DNA from: a candidate division TM6 bacterium GW2011_GWE2_36_25
Lineage (GTDB): Bacteria > Babelota > Babeliae > Babelales > UBA12409
Reading direction: 5' to 3'
NCBI GenBank assembly: GCA_000991575.1
Contig: LBRU01000009.1
Location: 698 to 64,697 of the forward strand
DNA: 64,000 nt
This document shows positions 16,854 through 24,873 of the stretch, one piece after another. Below the pieces are notes generated by a model. It saw nothing but the letters and a program-made list of their open reading frames with translations. It had not been told where the DNA came from and searched no databases. The position numbers were made by a program, and so were the translations under genes. Every line of letters starts with the position of its first letter. The stretch's first letter is position 1.

Positions 16854-17987
16854 ATGACAAAACCACAAAATATTGAAACCATCGCACACGTACCAACACT
16901 GATCATTGGCATTCAAGCACCATACAATGACACAGAAAACATCGATGCTTATTATGATGAATTTAAAAATTTACTCAAAACCAATGGGACCACATTTGAT
17001 GCTGAACATTTTATAAAGATTCGCGAAATAAACCAAAAAACATTCATCACACCTGGTAAACTTGAAGAAATACGCAAACTTTGTGAAAAGCACGCAATAG
17101 AAGAAGTCTACATCTCTGAACCAATTACAACGTTACAAGCAAAACATTTAGAAGATTATCTTAACTGCAAAGTATTTGATCGCACTGATCTTATTCTCGA
17201 AATTTTTAAAAAAGCAGCACAAACTGCCGAGGGAAAAACGCAAGTAGCAATCGCAACACTTGAACATGCCAAAACGCGTCTAGCCGGAAAAGGAATCTTT
17301 TTAGAACAGCAACGCGGTGGTGGTGGTGCCGGCACAAAAGGTGGGCCAGGAGAAACACTCAAAGAACGCGAAAAACGAGTCATTAATGCTAAAATTCAAC
17401 AACTGAGAAAACAACTTGAAACACTTCATCGTGCACGTGAAACACAACGCAAAAAAAGGATTGCAGCACACGTTCCCCAAATCTGCTTAATTGGATACAC
17501 TAATGCGGGCAAATCGACTATTTTAAATACGTTAACAAAAGCACAAGTCCTGGCTGAAAACAAACTTTTTGCAACGCTTGATACCACAACACGCGAATTA
17601 TATATTAATGGTATAAAAAAGGGCGTATTATCTGATACGGTCGGCTTCATTCAATATCTTCCACATAAATTAATTGACGCGTTTAAATCAACGCTTTCTG
17701 AACTTCAATATGCAGACCTTTTACTTGAAGTTGTTGATGCATCAGACCCTGACTGGAAAGCTCATATCGATGTTGTTCAAGACATTCTCGATGATCTTGA
17801 AGTAGAAAAACCGATTCTTTATGTCTTTAATAAGATTGATAAATGTTCTGAAGAAATAAAACAGAGACTTGAAGATGACGCACAAAAATATCAGCCCTAT
17901 GTCATTATCTCTGCAAAAGAACGCGAAACCATGAAACCACTTATTGATTTTCTTGATCAATGGAAAGTTGAAAAACTCCCATCATAA
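16854..17987 (+). CDS. hflX: GTPase HflX
   Basis: HflX N-terminal domain with a Gly-rich loop (GGGGAGTKGGPGETLKE), then G1 GYTNAGKST, G3 DTVGF and G4 NKID. Confidence 0.9.
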   Translation: MTKPQNIETIAHVPTLIIGIQAPYNDTENIDAYYDEFKNLLKTNGTTFDAEHFIKIREINQKTFITPGKLEEIRKLCEKHAIEEVYISEPITTLQAKHLEDYLNCKVFDRTDLILEIFKKAAQTAEGKTQVAIATLEHAKTRLAGKGIFLEQQRGGGGAGTKGGPGETLKEREKRVINAKIQQLRKQLETLHRARETQRKKRIAAHVPQICLIGYTNAGKSTILNTLTKAQVLAENKLFATLDTTTRELYINGIKKGVLSDTVGFIQYLPHKLIDAFKSTLSELQYADLLLEVVDASDPDWKAHIDVVQDILDDLEVEKPILYVFNKIDKCSEEIKQRLEDDAQKYQPYVIISAKERETMKPLIDFLDQWKVEKLPS

Positions 17988-18045
17988 AAAACATTTATTG
18001 AACAACTATCATTTCTGTTTAAAATAATAATTTTCGTACAAGTTC

Positions 18046-18480
18046 TTAGTTAACAAAGGGCAATTTATTCCAAATATGAGCAACACTAGATTTTACTTTA
18101 TCTCGCGTTTTCCAAAGTAATGGCATCGATGCCGTCACACATAATGCAGAAAGTGCATAAGGGTGTGTTTTGCAAAATTCAACAGTGCTTTTTGATGCAC
18201 GTAAAAGTGCATCTTGCGCATGGCTCATACCTTCTTTTGCTGACTTAACAACCGCACGCACCCCCTTTACTACTCTAATAGTGTGCCGCAACCTTCTTAC
18301 TTTTGTTGGTGCTTGAGCGATAAGGTGACCAACATTTTTCACGTGCTGCGGAACCTTTTTTATTGCCTCCTTCATCACAATCATTTTTTGGCGAACGGGA
18401 GCAATATTAATGGAATTACGAGCATCAATTGAAAAGAATAACAAACTAAAAAGCGAAAGAATAATTATCTTTCTGTCCAT
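18046..18480 (-). CDS. secreted paralog family A, member 1
   Basis: It has a signal peptide. The C-terminal half (AQDALLRASK...LLWKTRDKVKSSVAHIWNKLPFVN) is paralogous to 18546-18953. Confidence 0.5.
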   Translation of the reverse strand: MDRKIIILSLFSLLFFSIDARNSINIAPVRQKMIVMKEAIKKVPQHVKNVGHLIAQAPTKVRRLRHTIRVVKGVRAVVKSAKEGMSHAQDALLRASKSTVEFCKTHPYALSALCVTASMPLLWKTRDKVKSSVAHIWNKLPFVN

Positions 18481-18545
18481 AGAAGTTCCTCCATTATCAA
18501 TTCTTTTGAAGATAAAGGCCCCTCTACACGAGAGGCCTCATCATT

Positions 18546-18953
18546 TTATTTAACAAAAGGTAATTTCTTCCACATTTTTACAAATGCTGATTTTACCTTA
18601 TTTCTTGTCTTCCAAAGCACTGGTGTAGCTGCAGTAACAACGATGGCTGTTACGACACAACGAGGATGCTCGTAAAAAGCTCCGGCAACACGCCCGGAAG
18701 CAAACATTAATGCATCTTGAGCTTTTGCAAAACCATGTTTTGCTCCAGATATTACTTGTTTTGGAGCAGCATAAATTCCGCTCGCTATAGTGCGTGATGC
18801 ATTGGCAACATGATGAACGCGACTTTCGCAAAATTGAACCGTGCCATGAGCACCATTTTTGCAAGAAGAGATAACACCATCCAATGTAATGGCATTCAAT
18901 GATGAAAGTGATAATAAACTAACAACTGAGAGAACGATTGTTTTCTTATTCAT
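18546..18953 (-). CDS. secreted paralog family A, member 2
   Basis: I place the start at MNKKTIVLSV (ATG 18953), not at the track start 19007. The C-terminus ...AQDALMFASG...VLWKTRNKVKSAFVKMWKKLPFVK is paralogous to member 1. Confidence 0.5.
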   Translation of the reverse strand: MNKKTIVLSVVSLLSLSSLNAITLDGVISSCKNGAHGTVQFCESRVHHVANASRTIASGIYAAPKQVISGAKHGFAKAQDALMFASGRVAGAFYEHPRCVVTAIVVTAATPVLWKTRNKVKSAFVKMWKKLPFVK

Positions 18954-19016
18954 AATAATTCCTCCATAAAAAAACAAATTAATATTTTTAATCGCACATT
19001 GGAGCACAATAATTAT

Positions 19017-19310
19017 TCAAAAAACTAACTCCATTGGAATCAATTGGTTGCATTTCTGTTTGTACTTCAGCATCGACACAACGGGATTTTGCATAATCCA
19101 ACCCTTAAAATATGCTCGTCTATTTTTGAGTTTGATACATGCGGCCACCGTTAAAGCGCCACCACATGCAATATATCCTGCAAGTATTTTCAAACCATAA
19201 CGGTCTAAAAAACGCCCGCACTGAGCAAGAACCGGTTCACAAATACCTGCTTGTATTGAAGACAATGAAACTAAACTTAACAACGAAAGAATAAGTATTT
19301 TCTTATTCAT
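19017..19310 (-). CDS. secreted paralog family B, 46-bp-deletion variant (frameshifted C-terminus; possibly decaying)
   Basis: Start placed at MNKKILILSLL (ATG 19310). It is near-identical to 19345-19692 up to ...RRAYFKGW. After that a 46-nt deletion relative to the neighbour changes the frame. Confidence 0.45.
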   Translation of the reverse strand: MNKKILILSLLSLVSLSSIQAGICEPVLAQCGRFLDRYGLKILAGYIACGGALTVAACIKLKNRRAYFKGWIMQNPVVSMLKYKQKCNQLIPMELVF

Positions 19311-19344
19311 AATAATTCCTCCATAAAAAAACAAATTAATATTT

Positions 19345-19692
19345 TTAATCGCACAAAAAACTAATTCCATTGGAATCAATTGGTTGCGTTTCTGTTTGTA
19401 CTTCAGCATCGACACAACGGGATTTTGCATAATCAATCTCCATTTGCAACTTTTCCCTTCCATAGTTGTATCCTTCATTCCAACCCTTAAAATATGCTCG
19501 TCTATTTTTGAGTTTGATAACGGCGGCTAAAGCTAAAGCACCACCACACGCAACATATCCTGCAAGTATTTTCAAACCATTACGATCTAAAAAACGACCG
19601 CACTGAGCAAGAACCGGTTCACAAATACCCGCTTGCAATGAAGATAAAGACATTAAGCCTAAAAGAGATACTACCAAAGCCTTCTTATTCAT
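19345..19692 (-). CDS. secreted paralog family B, full-length member
   Basis: MNKKALVVSLLGLMSLSSLQAGICEPVLAQCGRFLDRNGLKILAGYVACGGALALAAVIKLKNRRAYFKGW... It has a signal peptide followed by a TM segment. Confidence 0.5.
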   Translation of the reverse strand: MNKKALVVSLLGLMSLSSLQAGICEPVLAQCGRFLDRNGLKILAGYVACGGALALAAVIKLKNRRAYFKGWNEGYNYGREKLQMEIDYAKSRCVDAEVQTETQPIDSNGISFLCD

Positions 19693-19710
19693 AATAATTC
19701 CTCCATGTTT

Positions 19711-20190
19711 TTAGCCAATATGACAATCCATAACGCCTGATTGCACCATGCAATACAGAGCCTCATTAACAAACTCATCGCTTTCCATAATTTGTTTCTC
19801 TAAATTTTTTAATTTTAGAGAAAAATCTTTCCATCTTTGTTCAAGAAAAAGATATTTATCGCTATACACATGCTTATTCAGATCACGCACACAAGCCAAT
19901 AATGGATAAAGCGAATGACTAAACTTTTTTTGTACAGCAAAAATAATGTGTGATGTTTTCTTTAGAGACAAAATTTTTTCATAGAATTTGTGCAAAGCTT
20001 CAAATTCTTTTCTCAATTGAACATGCTCGCGATGCAGTGATATGAAGGCACAAGAAAAGATAATTGCACATACGCTCGATGTACAAACTACTTCAGGAGC
20101 AAAACTTTCAAGAAAATCCCTAGATAATCCAGAATAATTAGATTGGAAAATAAATAAGAATAATACCATCAACCACTTTTTACTTATCAT
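19711..20190 (-). CDS. hypothetical protein with N-terminal hydrophobic segments
   Basis: 159-aa ORF in the same orientation as the surrounding cluster. No family recognised. Confidence 0.4.
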   Translation of the reverse strand: MISKKWLMVLFLFIFQSNYSGLSRDFLESFAPEVVCTSSVCAIIFSCAFISLHREHVQLRKEFEALHKFYEKILSLKKTSHIIFAVQKKFSHSLYPLLACVRDLNKHVYSDKYLFLEQRWKDFSLKLKNLEKQIMESDEFVNEALYCMVQSGVMDCHIG

Positions 20191-20230
20191 CTAAAAAACC
20201 TCTACTTAGGGAAATGGGTACAAACGCCAA

Positions 20231-20632
20231 TTATTTTTCAGAAACCGTCCCCTTTAACATATCAATTACATAGGTACCTGGTTTTTTTACCACTACTTTT
20301 ACTGAACGTTTATGTAAATATCCCAAACCAAAACCTGTTATTACACAAAGAACTTGCTGTTTCCATGGAGATAAAGCATCCCATTGTTTTTTATATTCGA
20401 TACTTTTTTCTTTGATATACGTACACCAATCACCCAAATCTTTTATTACTGATGAGGATGTAGGAAGAACTGCTCCTGAGGCAATTGAATTTATTTGTTC
20501 AGATACCTGAGATTCAGGCACAGACGCAAGAGATGCACCATCTTTATCTGACGAAGAACCATTTGGCACTTCAGCGTAAAGGGAAAGTGAAAAGAAAGAA
20601 CCTAAAAGAAGTGTCAATGAAATCTTATTCAT
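20231..20632 (-). CDS. secreted paralog family C, member 1
   Basis: It has a signal peptide and shares the motif W(D/N)xLSxxKQxxLCxxxGxxLG (QWDALSPWKQQVLCVITGFGLGYL) with 21242-21880. Confidence 0.5.
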   Translation of the reverse strand: MNKISLTLLLGSFFSLSLYAEVPNGSSSDKDGASLASVPESQVSEQINSIASGAVLPTSSSVIKDLGDWCTYIKEKSIEYKKQWDALSPWKQQVLCVITGFGLGYLHKRSVKVVVKKPGTYVIDMLKGTVSEK

Positions 20633-20774
20633 AAGTTTTCCTCCATTTGAAGTTATACTAATAGTTTACCTTTTTTTAAAAAAAACTCAAGAAAAACGGG
20701 GCTTTAAAAACCCCGAATAAAAGTGGTTAAAAACAACACAAATTTAATAAACGTTGAAATAGGCTATTTAATTG

Positions 20775-20943
20775 TTTATAGGTAAAATTCCTCGAAGCTT
20801 GCTTCGCAATCATTGTATTCGCTCATATCCTTCGACAGGCTCAGGATGAGCGCGCTCGTGGTGACCCTTCGACTTTGCTCAGGATGCAGCAAGTCGAACC
20901 ATACGAGCGTTATACCGCGTAGTTTGCTATGAGGTTCTTAATT
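20775..20943. repeat. composite hairpin-repeat element, family 1 (copy B, 169 bp, inverted relative to copy A, lacks the 42-bp unit)
   Basis: Its reverse complement aligns over its full length with 6367-6577, apart from the single 42-bp unit. Confidence 0.85.
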
Positions 20944-20960
20944 GGAAATAAAAACAAAGC

Positions 20961-21194
20961 ATTCACCATGAGCGAGCTTGAAACGGAGTGAAAAGTGAGT
21001 CGAATGGTTTTATCGAACGCTCTTCGTTAAACTTTCTTTGTAATTCAGAAAAATAGAAAACTTTATCGTGCGTTCGGTGAGACCCTTCGAGACACTCGCT
21101 ACGCTCGTTCCTCAGGGCGAACGCGTTAGGTAAAATGGTAAGAATGAAGAATGCGTTCGCCCTGAGCGAAGTCGAAGGGTTTTATCGAACGCGA
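20961..21194. repeat. cluster of three family-2 hairpin modules (fwd 20961-21020 degenerate, rev 21068-21125, fwd 21151-21194)
   Basis: The modules share GCGTTCG..CCTGAG..TCGAAGGG..CGAACGC with the arms at 28155-28300 and 32403-32763. For example, 21152-21192 reads TGCGTTCGCCCTGAGCGAAGTCGAAGGGTTTTATCGAACGC. Confidence 0.75.
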
Positions 21195-21241
21195 GAAGTA
21201 AAAATTATCTTAAAATAAGGATATCAACAATTATCGTAAAT

Positions 21242-21880
21242 TTATTTTTCTGATTTACCAGCTTCTTGAGAAGAAGCATTATCATCAGGTATAAACTTTT
21301 CCGATACTTCAGTTTCTTCTTTTCTCTCAGTTGAAATTTCTTCAGGTTTATAAAAGCTGCTCTCTTTAAAATCATCCCAAATATCTCGTCCAACCGCATA
21401 TAACCCGGCTAAGGTTGCACCCGCAACAGCCATTTTTACCGGAAATCGCGCAACTTTACCTAAAACAATGCCTGATCCTAAACACAAGAGATTTTGCTTC
21501 GTAGATGATAAACCATTCCAATACTGTTGTGCTCTTTTTCCACAAACAAGACTTTTACCTAAAAATTCAACGCTTTCTTTCTTGAATGATCGATAAAAAT
21601 TACGACTTTTCTCATTCAAAGATGTACAAATTTGACAACGCTCCACACTCACCTCAGGTGAAAAGTCGGTTAAAGGAATAACCAAATCTTCTCCTAACCC
21701 CATAGGCACAATACCGGTGCTTGGTAAAAATTCAATTGGTTCAACCTTTTGAGCTTCAGAAATCACTTGAACCTGAGAACCTTTAAAAAATCCTGATAAG
21801 TATTCAAGCGGATTGAAAGCCTGAATTGAAGAGAGTGAAAATAAGGTTAAAAGAGAGAAAACTAAAATTTTCTTATTCAT
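21242..21880 (-). CDS. secreted paralog family C, member 2
   Basis: Signal peptide MNKKILVFSLLTLFSLSSIQA and the motif YWNGLSSTKQNLLCLGSGIVLGKV. The C-terminal tail is acidic. Confidence 0.5.
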   Translation of the reverse strand: MNKKILVFSLLTLFSLSSIQAFNPLEYLSGFFKGSQVQVISEAQKVEPIEFLPSTGIVPMGLGEDLVIPLTDFSPEVSVERCQICTSLNEKSRNFYRSFKKESVEFLGKSLVCGKRAQQYWNGLSSTKQNLLCLGSGIVLGKVARFPVKMAVAGATLAGLYAVGRDIWDDFKESSFYKPEEISTERKEETEVSEKFIPDDNASSQEAGKSEK

Positions 21881-22099
21881 AAAGAACCCCCATTAAAAAT
21901 TTATATTTAACGTTTTCATTCTACCAAAACTGCCAAAAATTGCAAGAAGAATTTAAAGTTTTACTTTTAGTTTTTAGAGGATTGTCGAGATATCAAAATA
22001 TTTTCTTTGAAAAATATTCAAACACCTTTTTTAAAAAGTTTTTAAAATTTTGATGCAATACATTACTCCTGTTACACTAATTCTGCGTAAAGGAGTTTT

Positions 22100-24289
22100 A
22101 TGGATTTCGCTGAATTTTTATCAACCGAATTAAATAACGAACAACAAAAAGCGGTTAGGCATGCAAAAGGACCTCTTCTGGTTATTGCGGGTGCAGGCTC
22201 AGGCAAAACGCGTGTTATAACCAGTCGCATTATCAACCTTATACTCACCGAAAAAGTTACTCCAACTTCAATTATTGCATTAACGTTTACTAATAAAGCT
22301 GCCCAAGAAATGCGTGAACGCGTACAAAAAAGCATTGGCATACCGGCCACTCCTTTTAAAAATAACAGTTTTTTTATTGGAACTTTCCATTCTTATTGCT
22401 TGCGACTTCTTAAAAAAAATGCACACATTTTAAAACTCGATCATTTTTCCATTCTCGATGGCGATGATCAAATAAGCATGTTAAAGAAATTAGTTGATGC
22501 GCATTGCCCTAAAAAAATTCAACCACGCCAAGCTCTTTATCAAATATCCACCCTCAAAAACAATCTCCTCAACCAGCAAGAAACACTCATTGATCCTACC
22601 GTACAAGAACTTTATAATTTATATGAACACGAAAAAAGATTAAGCAACTGTTTAGATTTTGACGATTTACTCATTAAAGCACTTGAACTTTTCAGCTCAA
22701 AAAATTTTAAAACAGCACACCAAAATCATATTCGTCATGTTCTTGTTGATGAATATCAAGATACGAATGTTGTGCAAAATGAATTGCTCAAAGAAATGTG
22801 CCTCGATAAAAAAAAATTCATCATCGATTCACTCTGTGCCGTAGGAGATGAAGATCAATCTATTTACTCATGGCGTGGTGCAACGATTGATAATATGCTC
22901 AATTTCAAAAAAGATTTCCCCGGAACAACACTCATAAAAATTGAACAGAACTATCGCTCAGTAAAACCAATTCTTGAAGCGGCAAATCATATCATTAAAC
23001 ATAATCAAAATCGCCATCCGAAAAAATTGTGGTCAACACGTGAAGGCTCAAACAATATTTTGGAGCTTACGTGCATGTCCGGATTTCAAGAGGCGGATAT
23101 GATTGCGGCAAGTGCTTCATTGTTACAACAAAAAAATGAATTACAAAATTGTGCAGTCCTCTACCGCACCCATTTTCAATCACGTCTTATTGAAGAAGCA
23201 TTAATAAAAAAATCAATTCCGTACAAAATTATCGGCGGCATTCAATTTTATGAACGCAAAGAAATTAAAGACCTGCTCGCCTATTTACGTTTATTAATTA
23301 ATCCTTTTGATAGAATTGCGCTTTTTAGAATACTCAACTGCCCTCCTCGCAGATTGGGTGACAAATTCGCAGAACAATTTCAAAAAGCATGGGAACAAGA
23401 ACCATTTCAAACATTTACTGATATTGCACAAAAACTTTTAGAAGATTTAAAACCTCAACAAAAAAGCAACCTTGAAGATTTTATTAATATTTTCTCATCG
23501 ATAGATCTCTCTTTTTCCCCTGCGCACGCAATCAACCACATGAGCAAAAAATGTGGTTACCTCACTTATCTTAAGGAAGAGTACGAACCCCAAGAAGCAG
23601 AGGCACGCATTCAAAACATTCAAGAATTAATTAATGCTGCTCGCTATTTTGAAGAACAGGGATTAGAAACCACTGAACAATTTCTTCAAGAAATTGCCCT
23701 TTTACAAGATAAAATTAACCAAGAAAATAACACGAACGAACGCCTAACCCTCATGACTATTCACGCAGCAAAAGGACTCGAATTTGACACAATCATTCTT
23801 GCAGGGCTCGAAGAAGGACTCTTGCCCAGTTCAAAATCCCTCGAAAATGAGTCAAATATCGAAGAAGAGCGACGATTATTATATGTAGGTATCACAAGGG
23901 CACGCAAAAAATTAATTCTCTTACAAGCAGGATATCGACACACTTTCGGTTCTATGACTTATCAACAACCCTCTCGCTTCCTCAAAGAACTACCCAATAC
24001 GGGCATTCAGAGGGAAGATTGCTCATATTGGAAAGAATGTCAGACAATTCAATTTTTACGCAGTTTTTTCGGCATAATAGCACCAGAACAGTCAATCCAA
24101 ACCTTTGGCCCCGCAAAAAAATTTAAGGCAGCCTCTAAAAAAGATCTGCACTCGTATCCTTCGACAAGCTCAGGACGAGCGCAGCCTTTAGTGCTGAGCG
24201 AAGCCGAAGCATCAGGACGAGCGCAGCCTTTAGTGCTGAGCGAAGCCGAAGCATCAGGACGAGCGCAGCAGGACGAGCGCAGCCTTTAG
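22100..24289 (+). CDS. uvrD: UvrD/PcrA-family ATP-dependent DNA helicase, helicase core; reading frame terminated inside a repeat array
   Basis: Motif I GAGSGKT, motif II VDEYQDTN, YRS, and motifs V/VI (TIHAAKGLEF...YVGITRARKKL). The final ~45 aa are translated repeat (SGRAQPLVLSEAEA). The TAG stop at 24287-24289 is created by a 14-nt partial repeat unit. Confidence 0.9.
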   Translation: MDFAEFLSTELNNEQQKAVRHAKGPLLVIAGAGSGKTRVITSRIINLILTEKVTPTSIIALTFTNKAAQEMRERVQKSIGIPATPFKNNSFFIGTFHSYCLRLLKKNAHILKLDHFSILDGDDQISMLKKLVDAHCPKKIQPRQALYQISTLKNNLLNQQETLIDPTVQELYNLYEHEKRLSNCLDFDDLLIKALELFSSKNFKTAHQNHIRHVLVDEYQDTNVVQNELLKEMCLDKKKFIIDSLCAVGDEDQSIYSWRGATIDNMLNFKKDFPGTTLIKIEQNYRSVKPILEAANHIIKHNQNRHPKKLWSTREGSNNILELTCMSGFQEADMIAASASLLQQKNELQNCAVLYRTHFQSRLIEEALIKKSIPYKIIGGIQFYERKEIKDLLAYLRLLINPFDRIALFRILNCPPRRLGDKFAEQFQKAWEQEPFQTFTDIAQKLLEDLKPQQKSNLEDFINIFSSIDLSFSPAHAINHMSKKCGYLTYLKEEYEPQEAEARIQNIQELINAARYFEEQGLETTEQFLQEIALLQDKINQENNTNERLTLMTIHAAKGLEFDTIILAGLEEGLLPSSKSLENESNIEEERRLLYVGITRARKKLILLQAGYRHTFGSMTYQQPSRFLKELPNTGIQREDCSYWKECQTIQFLRSFFGIIAPEQSIQTFGPAKKFKAASKKDLHSYPSTSSGRAQPLVLSEAEASGRAQPLVLSEAEASGRAQQDERSL

Positions 24290-24644
24290 TGCTGAGCGAA
24301 GCCGAAGCATCAGGACGAGCGCAGCCTTTAGTGCTGAGCGAAGCCGAAGCATCAGAACGAGCGCAGCCTTTAGTGCTGAGCGAAGCCGAAGCATCAGGAC
24401 GAGCGCAGTCTTTAGTGTTGAGCGAAATCGAAGTATCCGCGCAACCCTCAAGAGAAAGCCATTTTTCAATTCAACATTCCTCTAACAAAAATTTCAATCA
24501 CCAAAAAATAAATTTTTCTGCGAAACACAATACTCCAATAAATAACGATCTAAAAAAGAATAGCAATTACCCCCATAATTCAATTAACACAAAATTAAAA
24601 ACGCACAACGACGCGCTCGTCCTGAGCTTGTCGAAGGATACGAG
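24151..24644. repeat. repeat-bounded insertion inside uvrD/pcrA: 32-bp perfect inverted repeats (24151-24182 / 24613-24644) enclosing a 42-bp tandem array and an AT-rich core
   Basis: Left arm CTCGTATCCTTCGACAAGCTCAGGACGAGCGC is the exact reverse complement of right arm GCGCTCGTCCTGAGCTTGTCGAAGGATACGAG. Both are family-1 hairpin modules. Confidence 0.85.
24171..24436 (+). repeat. 42-bp tandem repeat array (6 units plus one 14-nt partial unit at 24255-24268)
   Basis: The unit is CAGGACGAGCGCAGCCTTTAGTGCTGAGCGAAGCCGAAGCAT. Units start at 24171, 24213, 24269, 24311, 24353 and 24395 (the last is degenerate). Confidence 0.9.
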
Positions 24645-24828
24645 CACATCGATGTGCTTTCAAAAATGTGAATACTCATGGAAAAAGCATCAACCGGTTA
24701 CGCACAAAACATTTGGTGTTGGAGTAATTCAAGATGTAGAAAAAAGGCCGGATGGTTCAACACACATCACGGCCAAATTTAAAAATGGTATCAAAAAAAT
24801 TGATAGCAAATTTTTAGAAGCAGTTTAA
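24289..24828 (+). CDS. uvrD: detached C-terminal segment of the same UvrD/PcrA helicase (different frame)
   Basis: It ends in WKKHQPVTHKTFGVGVIQDVEKRPDGSTHITAKFKNGIKKIDSKFLEAV. This is the conserved PcrA/UvrD C-terminal Tudor-like domain (W..G..V.H..FG.G.V......V.F...G.K.L...F). It has no start codon or RBS of its own other than a GTG inside the repeat. Confidence 0.7.
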   Translation: MLSEAEASGRAQPLVLSEAEASERAQPLVLSEAEASGRAQSLVLSEIEVSAQPSRESHFSIQHSSNKNFNHQKINFSAKHNTPINNDLKKNSNYPHNSINTKLKTHNDALVLSLSKDTSTSMCFQKCEYSWKKHQPVTHKTFGVGVIQDVEKRPDGSTHITAKFKNGIKKIDSKFLEAV

Positions 24829-24873
24829 ATGAAACAATGAGAAGCATTCACACGCGGTCCCAATAAAATCAAT

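Noticed and set aside
18954-19478. N-terminal extensions of track ORFs 18546-19007 and 19017-19478 (MLQCAIKNINLFFYGGII.. and MKDTTMEGKS..).
   Set aside because: The extensions read through the duplicated upstream region or the 3' end of the neighbouring paralog. The conserved MNKK signal-peptide start, preceded by GGAGGAATTATT, is the plausible initiation site.
21205-22350. Track ORFs 21205-21399 and 22072-22350.
   Set aside because: The first overlaps the 3' end of the secreted paralog 21242-21880 in another frame. The second is antisense to the uvrD 5' end.
24171-24436. A regular 42-bp tandem array that at first glance could be taken for a CRISPR array.
   Set aside because: The units abut directly with no spacers. 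The array is in frame inside a helicase gene. The same unit occurs in gnd and in intergenic composite elements. No cas genes are present in the window.
24254-24469. A minus-strand 71-aa ORF (..LRLRSALKAALVLM.. repeated) across the uvrD repeat array.
   Set aside because: It is purely the opposite-strand translation of the stop-free 42-bp unit. It has no unique sequence or RBS and lies inside the helicase gene.
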